A stretch of DNA of 64,000 nt. Source: a virus (taxonomy: Duplodnaviria; Caudoviricetes). Positions 30,420 through 40,305 of the stretch are shown here, piece by piece. The stretch lies in the IMG/VR virus record IMGVR_UViG_3300021440_000021, positions 612 to 64,611 of that record. One strand, 5' to 3'. The position numbers were made by a program, and so were the translations under genes. Numbering within the stretch: the stretch's first letter is position 1; each line of letters begins with the position of its first letter. The notes under the pieces were generated by a model. That model had not been told where the DNA came from, did not search any database, and worked only from the letters and a program-made list of their open reading frames with translations.

Positions 30420-32479
30420 TGAACACCATTTGCGCTAAAACCGGGGGTGGAAGGAGCAGGGACAGAACCTGTGCCCATCATTCCACCACCAGAGCCTTGT
30501 GTATCACCCACTTGGACCCCTGCCGGAGCCGGAGGACCACCTTGAGGGGACATTCCCGGAGGCATTTGAGTTTGTGGGCCAGTGGGAGGTTGGAAAGCTT
30601 TAAGCAATTCAGCTTGAATAGCAGCATCAGATAGAGAATTGGTCACTTTATCCTCATCAAGATCAAGCGATTTAGCAATTTCTCTTACAATGATGTCCAA
30701 TTTAGCAAACGGAGCAAGGATTGGATTAGAAACAATTCCAAGGAATTGCATCAAACGCTGACTTCTCACTTCATTCGCCATTAAACTCTCAGTTCCACGA
30801 GCACTAACTTCCAAATCCCCTTTAATTTCAGGGTCGAAGTCAAATTGCATGTTGAAAGCAAAGAAAGCTCTTCCTAACGGACCTAAAAGATAGTCATCGA
30901 GGTTCTTTACAACTGTTCTGATTGAGCCATTAGCCGCATTCATCAGCATTGAGATGCCAGAAGCAGTTCTGCCCACCCCTTGAATGCCTGTTTGGCCATA
31001 AGAATACGAAGGTAATCCTGTGCTTTCGTCAGCCAAAACTCTAGCTTTGTCAAAAAGCATCAAATTCTGATTTGCCACATTTGGAAACTCTGTCCCAAAA
31101 ATAGCTTGACCCGGAGCACCCGCTTGACGACGAAAAACTTTGCCCGGATGAATGTCTAACTCTTGACCCGGAACCAAATTTGTCTCATCAATTTCAAAAA
31201 CAAGGTTGCCAGATAGTGCAGCATTATCTACAGCCATACGCATGAAGCCATTCATGAGTAATTGTGTATCTTCCATATTCTCTGCCACACCAATTCCAAA
31301 GAAACTGTATGGGTTCATCTCATATGGAGCCGCGTAATAAGGGATACGAGCAGGTTGGAAGGGATTAATTACAAAACGAAGGATTTGATTATTGCAAGTC
31401 CAAATGTTTGCACTAATCATATCATCGTCTTTGATACTCTTATCAACTACAATACCTTTATTACGAAGGTGTTCAGCCTCAATATACCCCCAATATTCCA
31501 GAACTTCCCACCTTTCCACATCAGGATTGGTGTTCCCATCCTCCATTTCAAATTCCCAATATTCTTTTACATACGAAGAGCCACTATCAATGGCATCTTC
31601 AATAGCTTTGGGCTTGAAGAAAGGACGTTTATTCAAATCTTTGAGGTCTTTAAGAGACATCTTGTGTCTCTCCACCACATATTCCGCCTGATCCATATTC
31701 GCTGCGTCAGGGTCAGGATAGAAATTCCAAATGGAGACATGAGAAATAGTTGGAACAAGTTTTGTGACTGGTGTATAGACACCTTTATCATCCCACTTGG
31801 GGTATTCTTTGTCTAAGGCCATAGGCCCTTTTAAAACACCTGTTCCAAATAGTGCACACTCAAAAGCTGAAGCTCTCAAATGTTTAGATGCACCACTTTC
31901 CTCCAATTGATCTTGGATTTTCTTTTCCATCTTCTTCGCTGCAACATGTGCAGGATTGAATGTGACGGATGTGGCAGTTGTCCCCGGACCAACTTGAAGC
32001 TTGCCTTGAATGGGAGCAAGCTTCTCGGCCATAGCGCCGAGGTTAAATTCTGTAGCTCCCGGAGGAAGCGGGGGGCCATCTTTCGTCCCAAAAGGAGACT
32101 TAAGAGGAGCTGCACCATCAGGAGTTTGAGGGTCAAAACTTACACTGTCGGATACACCTTCAGGAAGTTTCGTCTGATCAACCGAAATAGGAAAATCACC
32201 ATTACCAAATAAAACCTCTACGATTTGACCATAGGCAGCCAACACTTTAGTTTTCGTAACTTTAACAAAAACCTTACTTTTCTCTTTATCGCTAAACTGT
32301 GTAGTTGAGCTGTAGAGACCACGAAAGTTTCTGTAAGCATTTAGAAAACGCTCTTCATCAAGAAGTTTTTTTGTTCTAGCTCTTTCAAATCTTTCACGAA
32401 CGAATGCAACAGCTTCATCCATTGGCACTGTTTGAGTAGCATCAATGCCTTCATTTTCATAAGAAAGCTGATCGTCCAT
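30416..32479 (-). CDS. portal protein
   Basis: follows TerL; SKVFVKVTKTK, ALFGTGVLK, FYPDP, RTASGISMLM. Confidence 0.9.
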   Translation of the reverse strand: MDDQLSYENEGIDATQTVPMDEAVAFVRERFERARTKKLLDEERFLNAYRNFRGLYSSTTQFSDKEKSKVFVKVTKTKVLAAYGQIVEVLFGNGDFPISVDQTKLPEGVSDSVSFDPQTPDGAAPLKSPFGTKDGPPLPPGATEFNLGAMAEKLAPIQGKLQVGPGTTATSVTFNPAHVAAKKMEKKIQDQLEESGASKHLRASAFECALFGTGVLKGPMALDKEYPKWDDKGVYTPVTKLVPTISHVSIWNFYPDPDAANMDQAEYVVERHKMSLKDLKDLNKRPFFKPKAIEDAIDSGSSYVKEYWEFEMEDGNTNPDVERWEVLEYWGYIEAEHLRNKGIVVDKSIKDDDMISANIWTCNNQILRFVINPFQPARIPYYAAPYEMNPYSFFGIGVAENMEDTQLLMNGFMRMAVDNAALSGNLVFEIDETNLVPGQELDIHPGKVFRRQAGAPGQAIFGTEFPNVANQNLMLFDKARVLADESTGLPSYSYGQTGIQGVGRTASGISMLMNAANGSIRTVVKNLDDYLLGPLGRAFFAFNMQFDFDPEIKGDLEVSARGTESLMANEVRSQRLMQFLGIVSNPILAPFAKLDIIVREIAKSLDLDEDKVTNSLSDAAIQAELLKAFQPPTGPQTQMPPGMSPQGGPPAPAGVQVGDTQGSGGGMMGTGSVPAPSTPGFSANGVQ

Positions 32480-32490
32480 TCATTATTCCT

Positions 32491-34038
32491 TTAATATCCA
32501 AAAACCAAATCTGCTGGTCTGTAATGTCTAGCTGTATCTGGATTTACATCCCAAGCTGTCGATCTAGGTCTTGACATAACACCATAACGAAGAGCATCGT
32601 AAATGTGGTCTTCACCCTTTGTGTTTACATCTTCTACGTTATTCACATCCAATTGTAAAACTGGGATTTGTGCAATTGTGTTAATGCAATTAGAGAAGAC
32701 AACCAATCTAGGCTCTTCTGTGTATTCATCTACTTGAAGGCGTCTGTGAACTTCGTTCTTACCCGCCACTCTAGCTCCACGACTACGATCAGAAGGTCTC
32801 CAACGACATCCACGAGCAATCATCGTTTCCGCAATAGATGGACCTGTTTGCCCTCTTTGGTGCCAACAAGAACTATCAAGTACGCCATAAGTAATCGGGC
32901 CATCATCTTGTTCCATGTAAAGGATTGTGTCTGCGAGGTCTGTTGCCAACATTTTTGAAACGTAAAGCTCTCGGTAGACGACCAGTTGTTCCTCTGGTGT
33001 CACCGCAAACCATAAAACGGCTGAGTAAGAACTGTACCCAAAATCACAAGCCCTAAACCGTCTCCAAGAAACAGGAATCTCGTAAGGCTCAACAACATGA
33101 ATTTGTCTGTTCCACTCTGGAAATGCAGACCCCTCAATAACATCCCAATCACCCTCTAAAAGTCTTTTTCTCTCTGCTTCCGGTAGGGAGAGCAGGTTAG
33201 CTTCGTATTCACCATTCTCGTAGAGATAGGGATTGTCCGAAAGACGAGAAGGGATGAAGCGTCTTTTAAACAGTGGTTCTCCCTCTCGTGTGTGGCCTTT
33301 TGGCCAACGAAGAGTTTCACCACTTTCAATATCTGTTGCCCAAAAAGCTTTATTCCAAGCTGAAGGGTCGATAAACATTTTCTTCACCCAATTATGACCA
33401 ACGTTTCCGGGGTTGGTCGTAGCTCTCATATAGAGCTTTAAATCAGGTGCTGTAGTTCTAAGACGAGAACGCATGTAGTTCCATGCGTAAGGTGTGGGCC
33501 ATTGTGTAAGTTCATCAAAAGCAATATAGTTAAAACTCTGCCCTTGGTATCTTGTAACGTCTTGGTCTCTTTCCAGATAAGACATCCACAATGTGCCCCC
33601 AGAAGGGGTTTTCCACTCCATCTTCCGTTCAGACCACTTAATTCCGGGAATGGCTTTGGGGTAGAGTTCTTGGCTTTTCTGAACAAGTTCTCTAAGTTCT
33701 TCCGTTGTTCTACGAAGGATCAAACCACGAAACTGAGGATGATTAAGATCACGTAAAGCATCGGCCAAAATAGCGTATGACTTCCCACCACCAGCACTCC
33801 CACCAAATAACACCTCTCTTTCAGAGGCTGCAAGAAAATCTGTTTGTGGACCTTTGTTGGGTTTGAAGATGATTTCTCTATCTTCTTCTATTTCATTCAC
33901 GAATTGATAATCGGGCACTTCCACAATTTGTGGTGCTTCTTTAACAACAGGTTTCTTTGTAGCCACAGGGGTGCGAACACGTTTGGTTCGTGGCCCTTTG
34001 GGGAAAGAGGCAAGTTTTGCCCGTTCTTCTTCGTTCAT
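32491..34038 (-). CDS. terL: terminase large subunit
   Basis: GGSAGGGKS Walker A, FDELT Walker B, ATTNPG, DFGY, EDHIYDALRY. Confidence 0.95.
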   Translation of the reverse strand: MNEEERAKLASFPKGPRTKRVRTPVATKKPVVKEAPQIVEVPDYQFVNEIEEDREIIFKPNKGPQTDFLAASEREVLFGGSAGGGKSYAILADALRDLNHPQFRGLILRRTTEELRELVQKSQELYPKAIPGIKWSERKMEWKTPSGGTLWMSYLERDQDVTRYQGQSFNYIAFDELTQWPTPYAWNYMRSRLRTTAPDLKLYMRATTNPGNVGHNWVKKMFIDPSAWNKAFWATDIESGETLRWPKGHTREGEPLFKRRFIPSRLSDNPYLYENGEYEANLLSLPEAERKRLLEGDWDVIEGSAFPEWNRQIHVVEPYEIPVSWRRFRACDFGYSSYSAVLWFAVTPEEQLVVYRELYVSKMLATDLADTILYMEQDDGPITYGVLDSSCWHQRGQTGPSIAETMIARGCRWRPSDRSRGARVAGKNEVHRRLQVDEYTEEPRLVVFSNCINTIAQIPVLQLDVNNVEDVNTKGEDHIYDALRYGVMSRPRSTAWDVNPDTARHYRPADLVFGY

Positions 34039-34421
34039 TATTTAGCCCCTAAAGTCTCCGTATAATATTCTAGAGCTTTACGTGTTTTTTCTGCTCTGGC
34101 TGTCCAATTCTTCAAAGCATTTGCAGAGGTTCTACGCATACGTTCAACCTCCACCCTTTTCTTCAATCCAACATGAGAGATGTATCTCCCCGTAACTTCA
34201 GAAAGCCATTCAGCTACATAACGATAGCTATAATGTTTTAAATGCTTCTTGGCGACAGCCAAAGCTTCCAGCTCAAACTCTACAGGAATGAGCATTGAGT
34301 TATCTTCTGGATCAATCTGATAGCCAAACGGAATTGTTCTTGCTAAACGAGGAATTGCTCTCCAATTCTTTTTGTCTGCAAAGAGCAAATTATCCTGTTC
34401 ACTTATCGGGTGCTGTTCCAT
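34038..34421 (-). CDS. putative DNA-binding protein (recombinase-like HTH)
   Basis: RTIPFGY...YSYRYVAEWL...ISHVGLKKR. Confidence 0.55.
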   Translation of the reverse strand: MEQHPISEQDNLLFADKKNWRAIPRLARTIPFGYQIDPEDNSMLIPVEFELEALAVAKKHLKHYSYRYVAEWLSEVTGRYISHVGLKKRVEVERMRRTSANALKNWTARAEKTRKALEYYTETLGAK

Positions 34422-34654
34422 CAGCTTCTCTTAGGTTGTTTTTTTCTATTCGTTTCTCTAGAAACAACCCTTAAATTAGAGGGAGAATTATCTCTGGGTG
34501 AAAAATTTTTATGATCCACTTCTTTACCATCTCCTTTTCTAACCCTACCTGCTTTTTCCATAATAGCTCTAGCTTTATTACGAGCAGCTCTATCTTTTTT
34601 CCCTTTGGCCGTCCCTTGAGTGGCCAAATACTCTTTTCTATAATCTCTGGCCAT
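34421..34654 (-). CDS. small HNH endonuclease-like protein
   Basis: EVDHK...DNSPSNLRVVSRETNR. Confidence 0.7.
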   Translation of the reverse strand: MARDYRKEYLATQGTAKGKKDRAARNKARAIMEKAGRVRKGDGKEVDHKNFSPRDNSPSNLRVVSRETNRKKQPKRS

Positions 34655-35010
34655 TACTCATCCTTAGCTGGGAGAATGAACAACCCATTGCTGTTAATGT
34701 CAATCTTCTCTGTCTTGGAGACACCAATACGGTCAAGAATGTCTTTAGCAGCAGCAAGCTTTTCTTTCACTCCCCATTGAGTGGGATCGTCTAGAACACC
34801 AACCAAACCTACAGCAGCTTTGGGACCAGAACGAGAAAGAAACTGTTTCGTTGCGTTAATAATCTCATCTTCGAGAGTTTTAACGATGGAAGAGGTGGGG
34901 TAGGTAGGGTGATAACCAGCAAGCTTTTTAGCAGCTACAAAGTCCCCATTAGCCTCTTCAAAAAGCACTTCGAGAAATAGTTTTTGTTGATCTGTTAGAG
35001 GACGAGCCAT
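34654..35010 (-). CDS. terminase small subunit (putative)
   Basis: LTDQQKLFL HTH, AKKLAGY, AAKDILDR; upstream of TerL. Confidence 0.7.
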   Translation of the reverse strand: MARPLTDQQKLFLEVLFEEANGDFVAAKKLAGYHPTYPTSSIVKTLEDEIINATKQFLSRSGPKAAVGLVGVLDDPTQWGVKEKLAAAKDILDRIGVSKTEKIDINSNGLFILPAKDE

Positions 35011-35019
35011 TTTATTTCC

Positions 35020-35085
35020 TTAGCACTTGCAATTGGCTTTGCCACAGGTTTTGCAAACCTTGGCTTTTTTAACGGGCTTTTTCAT
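35020..35085 (-). CDS. 21-aa basic Cys-rich peptide MKKPVKKAKVCKTCGKANCKC
   Basis: ATG overlaps the upstream stop; fills the gap exactly; below the ORF-track cutoff. Confidence 0.5.
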   Translation of the reverse strand: MKKPVKKAKVCKTCGKANCKC

Positions 35086-35282
35086 TATGCACCAACTTTC
35101 CTTTTCCCAGTTTTCCGATCTTGTTTCAGCTTAAAAAGACCTTCAGGAGAAAATACTCTTCCAGCAGTTCTAGGATCAGGCCCTCGCATGGGCATTTTAT
35201 CCCCATCCCCAGAAGCTTTTCTTTTATCGTAAGCGTTTAAGGCAGGGCGTCTCTTAGGTTGTGATTTAGAAGCCATTAACAC
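35085..35282 (-). CDS. small basic protein
   Basis: Lys/Arg-rich coupled ORF. Confidence 0.55.
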   Translation of the reverse strand: MLMASKSQPKRRPALNAYDKRKASGDGDKMPMRGPDPRTAGRVFSPEGLFKLKQDRKTGKRKVGA

Positions 35283-35671
35283 TTCTTCCCTTTAACCATA
35301 CCACCTTTGGCATATTGTTTGATTTTACCAACAACGGCCTTACCTTCCGTCACAGTTTTACCATCCATACCAGTGACGGAGCGTTTAGTTGCAGTGCCTG
35401 TGCCAACATTCCAATCAGCCTTGGCTCCAACACCAATCACATCACCTTTTCTATATCCCTTCATTGCGTCTTTAGCAACAGGAGATTTGGTGCTTTTTGT
35501 AGTCTTAACAGGGGCAGGACGAGTTTTAGGCTTCGGAGATGTTTTAGGAGCACCCCCATACGAAACACCAAGACTATATGTCGAACCATCTTTACGCTTC
35601 ATCGTCTTAGCGGCTTGAGGGCGACGAGCAGCAATCTCAGCGGCTGTCAATTGTTTTTCTTTTTGTGCCAT
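35276..35671 (-). CDS. basic protein with C-terminal YAKGG motif
   Basis: Lys-rich; SPKPKTRP; YAKGGMV. Confidence 0.6.
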   Translation of the reverse strand: MAQKEKQLTAAEIAARRPQAAKTMKRKDGSTYSLGVSYGGAPKTSPKPKTRPAPVKTTKSTKSPVAKDAMKGYRKGDVIGVGAKADWNVGTGTATKRSVTGMDGKTVTEGKAVVGKIKQYAKGGMVKGKKC

Positions 35672-35871
35672 TAGTGTGTTCCAAATAAATCAATTTTGAG
35701 TTGTTGTGCTGTGGCAGCAATGGCCCCAAGCGTGATGATTGCATAGATAATCCATCTACCAATTGAACCAAGAGATTGAGTGATACGTAAGAAGTCTTTC
35801 ACTGCCTTGACTTCCTGTTCCGTCAACTCCTTTGGATCAATCAGAACAAGGTCTGGTTCGTGATCACTCAT
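35671..35871 (-). CDS. small membrane protein
   Basis: single TM helix. Confidence 0.55.
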   Translation of the reverse strand: MSDHEPDLVLIDPKELTEQEVKAVKDFLRITQSLGSIGRWIIYAIITLGAIAATAQQLKIDLFGTH

Positions 35872-35890
35872 TGTTTTCCCCGAAAGATAG

Positions 35891-35964
35891 TGGTGCTGAT
35901 TGTAGGAGTCGAACCCACGTCAGAGGACTACAAAACCACTGTTCTACCATTGAACTAAATCAGC
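35891..35964 (-). tRNA. tRNA-Thr(UGU)
   Basis: GCUGAUU acceptor, GGUUCGACUCC T-arm, loop UU-UGU-AG, encoded CCA; anticodon stem has two U-U mismatches. Confidence 0.8.
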
Positions 35965-37207
35965 AATATTGGTCAAGCTTTTACATGATGTCACGAAACG
36001 AGCAAAAGCTCATCGACTTTTAATCGACTAGAAGAAAGCCGCTACGCAGCTCTCTTATGACACCATGTAAAAACCTGACCATTTGGTCAATAAATAATGT
36101 TAACATGTTTAACATTATAAAGCGCCTTCGGCGCTCCCTTCCTGTTACGTCGCTACATATTACATATACTAGATTATTCCTAATATATTAATTATGTTCG
36201 CTTCGCCTCCGTCTCCGCTCAGATAATATATTATATATATCAACCAAGGAAGGAAAGAGAAGAGATAAAATTCTTATCTCTCACTATATATACGTAAAAA
36301 AGGGCCTAAAAAAGACATCGGTTTTTAAACTATTTTACAAACCATTGATTTTAAACAAAACTATTTTCAGAAATTTTGTCCCCTCGTTTAAAATATCTAT
36401 TGATCGGAGATCGTCGGAGCAAAGCTTTGCTCCTTCTCTTACGTAGAGCGCAACAAGTTGCGACGAAAAAAGAGGGGAATTGACATTTATCAATTGTGTA
36501 ACCTATGCCCTTGATTTATCAGAGGAAATGGCGGCTTATGGTTAACAGCTAAATAGCCTATTTTTTGGAAAAGGTGATATATATCAACACCATAACCCCC
36601 CGTGGCCCATGCCCGGCCCCTTCCCGTCTGTCATGTTGGACAAAATTCCGTCATAACGGATGCAATGAGTTGAATACAACCCCCGCCCCCCATCATTCAA
36701 CACTAAATCACCGGAAAATCAATCGTTCAATCATTCAACTAATATGCTACTAGGTAGTTTAATATTAAACCATACCCCCTATCCCCCTATGGCTGATTGT
36801 TTAACGATTAAACAATCTTCCATGTCACACACGCGCATAATGCGCGCGCGTGTTCCTTCTCACGAACGCGGGTTAATACACGACTCAATGAATAGATATT
36901 CAATAACGCAAAGTGATTCTTATAAGCAATTCAATGGGTTAGCTGGTGATTCGTTCCATTGTCTAATCACGAGTTGTTTTGTCGTCTTGTATCCCTTTGA
37001 TTTTATTGACGAATCTTTTTGCTTGCATTGTCCGAAAATTTGGCGCTATCTGGCTTCACCGAAACGGAAGGCCAGCGGGTGATGCCGCTAGGAACCGGAA
37101 GGCAAACAAGCAATCTCTTTCCTTTGATGCATGGCCTAGCTATGCAATGGGGTAACAAAAGAGATAAGGAGTCTGGACTAGGCCAGACATTGAAAGGAGA
37201 AAGCGCA

Positions 37208-37366
37208 ATGCGCTACACTGTTTTTGAGTATCATTCCGGTGGTGTAGAGCAAGTCTTGAAAACGGATTGCCTTGATGAAGCAAAGGCGCGTTATAGCAAG
37301 TGCTATGCGAGTCAACGTGGGCAAGGTGGTGTTTGGTGCAACGTTGAAAAAAGATGGGTGGTCTAA
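37208..37366 (+). CDS. early hypothetical protein
   Basis: AAGGAG SD before ATG 37208. Confidence 0.55.
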   Translation: MRYTVFEYHSGGVEQVLKTDCLDEAKARYSKCYASQRGQGGVWCNVEKRWVV

Positions 37367-37743
37367 TGGCTGTTCTATCCACTAAGGATAAGATCAAGTT
37401 GCGTGTTTCTGCCGCTAAGGTGGAGCGTTGGAAAACGGAACGGTTGAAAGACCATGCTGACAATGCCATTCGGGGCACTACGTTCACGGCTTGGTCTTTC
37501 GGGCAGGAAAAGCCTGCTATGTCCTATCCTGACAAGGACACCATCGAGTCTGACAATGCCCATATGCGTTCAAGCTCTGACAAGCTTGCGCGGGATTTCA
37601 AAAGGTATAACGACACATTCGCGGATTATGCGAATGATCCTGCCCCATTGCCCAAGCCCAAGCCTATTTTTGTCACGCCTAGGGCAGACTCTCCTTTCAA
37701 GGTCAATGGCCGCCGTCGCGTTGTGGTCATTGAACGGAAATAA
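37366..37743 (+). CDS. early hypothetical protein
   Basis: coupled (TAATG). Confidence 0.6.
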   Translation: MAVLSTKDKIKLRVSAAKVERWKTERLKDHADNAIRGTTFTAWSFGQEKPAMSYPDKDTIESDNAHMRSSSDKLARDFKRYNDTFADYANDPAPLPKPKPIFVTPRADSPFKVNGRRRVVVIERK

Positions 37744-37759
37744 TCAAGCCCGAAAGGGC

Positions 37760-37788
37760 TTGACATTCAAGCCGAATCACCTTAGATT
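37760..37788 (+). promoter_or_regulatory. sigma70-type early promoter
   Basis: TTGACA-17 nt-TAGATT; the -35 lies in the 3' arm of the tcaagcccgaaagggcttga hairpin. Confidence 0.6.
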
Positions 37789-38748
37789 CGGTTTCAGTGT
37801 CAAGCTTAGGTTTGGCGGCTCTTATACAAGCGCCCTATTGTCAAAGGGCTGTTACTTTACCGTTGCCTGTTGTCGTGGCATGGCGCAAGCTATGTCGGGC
37901 ATAGATGGAACGGTGGGGAGAATAACAGTCTGACGGATAGGCCACACGCAAGCGGTGTTGACGCTTGCCTATGCTATCAAGCCCTTTCGGGCTTGTAAAA
38001 CCGATAGCATGTGATTGACTGACAATCAATCTATGTGAAAGGGTTTGGCATAAGACGGGAGCCTGTCCCAAGAATCAGGCAAACAATCCGCATGTGTGAA
38101 TGGCCAATGATTAGCCCGCACCATATGGTGAAGGGATTATTCCCGATAGTAATGGGCAATGCAATAGGCATTGTCTGGCGCAAAGGTTTGCAGCATATGG
38201 AACATTAGACAACAAGGCGCTAGGGATAGCGTCTCTAAGTCTTTTGTGGATTGAAGAAAGCTTAACGAGTCACCTAGCCTGATACCAAGACACGAAAGCT
38301 AGGTGATTTGATTAATCTTTCTTGAAAGGAAAAGAAATGTTCTATAAAGAAATCACGGGCGGGGTGCGAGTCCGCGTCACCGAAGATCAATGGGCTATTG
38401 ACAGACATGACAAGGGTTATGTCCAGATCATTGCCCAGCCCGGCCTAACCATCTACAGGTTGATCTAACCACATCGAATCATGACAGGAAAAAAGATATG
38501 AAATGGTGCGTTGTCGTCGTATATAGGGACGGACGGGGGGAATCTTTACCTTTCCGTAGTGAAAAGGCTGCAATGAAAGTGGCTTTGATTAAGCTCAATG
38601 TTGAGCTTAAAATGGCTTATGCTGGAATTGCTGAAATTGACTCTGTTGTCGTAAGACCCATGACTACTTGGTAAAACATAGCGGGCAGGACATTAGCAAT
38701 AGTGTCCTGTTAGATGTGTTTTTGCATCAATCAACAAGAGGAAATATC

Positions 38749-39303
38749 ATGGCTGTTAAAGCAGAAAAAAGCCTGTTTGTGCAGGCTGGTGACTTCTGGA
38801 ATAAGCACGTCAAACTGGATAAAGAAGGGCTTGTCCTTTTGGACAAGACCATCCAACGTGTTGTCGAATATCGGGATTGGGACGCCTTGTCGCGTTTCAT
38901 TTCCCGTGCTGGCATGGACAAACCCAAGGTAGCCCGTATTGTTCGCGCCGCTTTTGGTGACTCGCTCACCTATAAGACTGACACCAGCCATAGCTCCGGC
39001 GGTGTCATCAAGATGAAATGGCCTGCTGACCAGAAATTTGTCCTTCTGAATAGCTATGCCCATGTGATGAAGGCTGTTGCAGAGGGCAAGGCTTTCAATG
39101 ATGCGGGTTTGCAGAAGGCCATTAAACCCATCAAGAAGGAACCGAACAAAGACAAGGCCGAATTGCTTGCGGCATACAAAACCCGCGCCGAAAAATGGGC
39201 CAAGGAAAATGGCATCACCATTGGTGCCATGATTGCCGCATTGCAAGCCAAGCCCACGAATGAAGCGGGCAGCAATGGCATTGTCGTTCATAAGGCTGCC
39301 TAA
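38749..39303 (+). CDS. early hypothetical protein
   Basis: GAGG SD, C-ending codon bias. Confidence 0.7.
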   Translation: MAVKAEKSLFVQAGDFWNKHVKLDKEGLVLLDKTIQRVVEYRDWDALSRFISRAGMDKPKVARIVRAAFGDSLTYKTDTSHSSGGVIKMKWPADQKFVLLNSYAHVMKAVAEGKAFNDAGLQKAIKPIKKEPNKDKAELLAAYKTRAEKWAKENGITIGAMIAALQAKPTNEAGSNGIVVHKAA

Positions 39304-39407
39304 TCCGCAGTCTTTTCTGGAATTAAGGGACATGTCCAGCGCAGAAATGCGGGTTAACCCCCTACAATACCACAACAAAGGATAGTGGATATTGGGTAAA
39401 ATCCGGC

Positions 39408-39463
39408 GGCCCTCTTTCTTAGGTTTGGTGCACCCTTGTTGCCGAAAGAAAGAGGGCTTTTTA
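39408..39463 (+). terminator. long hairpin/terminator
   Basis: gccctctttct...agaaagagggc followed by ttttt. Confidence 0.55.
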
Positions 39464-39669
39464 TTTTAGGGTGTATTTATTAGAGGGTGGACAGAAGGAA
39501 TAGGCATTGCATAAAACCGATTTATAACAGATTGGCAATCCAATGTCTAGCCCCCAGTGTAAAAGCTGGGGGCTATCTCACACCAAATTATGACAGGGAA
39601 ACACAAGAGGGAAGATTATGTCTATTCGTTATGAAATTGTTGCTCGCCTTGTTATGATTGGATTGTATA

Positions 39670-39864
39670 ATGCTTAGAGGGAAGAAACAAAAAACTGTTA
39701 GGTCTAGGTCTAGGTCTAAGGCTTGGTCTAGGTCTTGGTCTGGGTCTGGGTCTTGGTCTTGGTCTGGGTCTGGGTCTTGGTCTAGGTCTGGGTTTGGGTT
39801 TGGGTCTTGGTCTGGGGCTAGGTTTTGGTCTTGGTCTGGGTCTTGGTCTGAGTCTGAGTCTTGA
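39670..39864 (+). CDS. Ser-X dipeptide-repeat peptide 1
   Basis: MLRGKKQKTV leader then (S-R/W/G)n built from TCT-NGG hexamers. Confidence 0.6.
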   Translation: MLRGKKQKTVRSRSRSKAWSRSWSGSGSWSWSGSGSWSRSGFGFGSWSGARFWSWSGSWSESES

Positions 39865-39938
39865 TCTTGGTCTAGGTAAAACATAACAGAAACAAACATC
39901 AACAAACACAATAACGTGTCAAACAATGGAGAAACGGA

Positions 39939-40202
39939 ATGAAAATCCTGCAAACTGTAATTGAAGAAGAGAAAGAAGGCTTTCTGGCTTTGATGGGCCA
40001 AACCATCACTGTCTATTGCATGAATTACATTTACACTGGCAAACTTGTCGGTGTAAATTCTGATCAAATCAAATTGGAAAATGCAAAGATTGTGTATGAA
40101 ACGGGTTCATTCAATTCCAAAGAGTGGAAAACTACTGAGGCTTTCCCTAATGACATTTACCTGCGCCACAGTGCAATTGAGATGTACACCATTCTGAAAT
40201 AA
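39939..40202 (+). CDS. Sm/LSm-like fold protein (putative)
   Basis: LMGQTITVYC..YIYTGKLVGV..QIKLENA...IYLRHSAI resembles Sm1/Sm2 motifs. Confidence 0.55.
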   Translation: MKILQTVIEEEKEGFLALMGQTITVYCMNYIYTGKLVGVNSDQIKLENAKIVYETGSFNSKEWKTTEAFPNDIYLRHSAIEMYTILK

Positions 40203-40305
40203 AACTTGGGGTCAAATCTGCGGTAAGGGCCGTTTGTGTAAAAGCATTCTTCACAAACAAACTTGTTTGTGAATGTGACGGCCACCTTTTTATAAGGATA
40301 AAACA

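Noticed and set aside
38270-38307. Hammerhead-like CUGAU...GAAA inside a stem
   Set aside because: The core reads CUGAUAC rather than CUGANGA, and stems II and III are missing.
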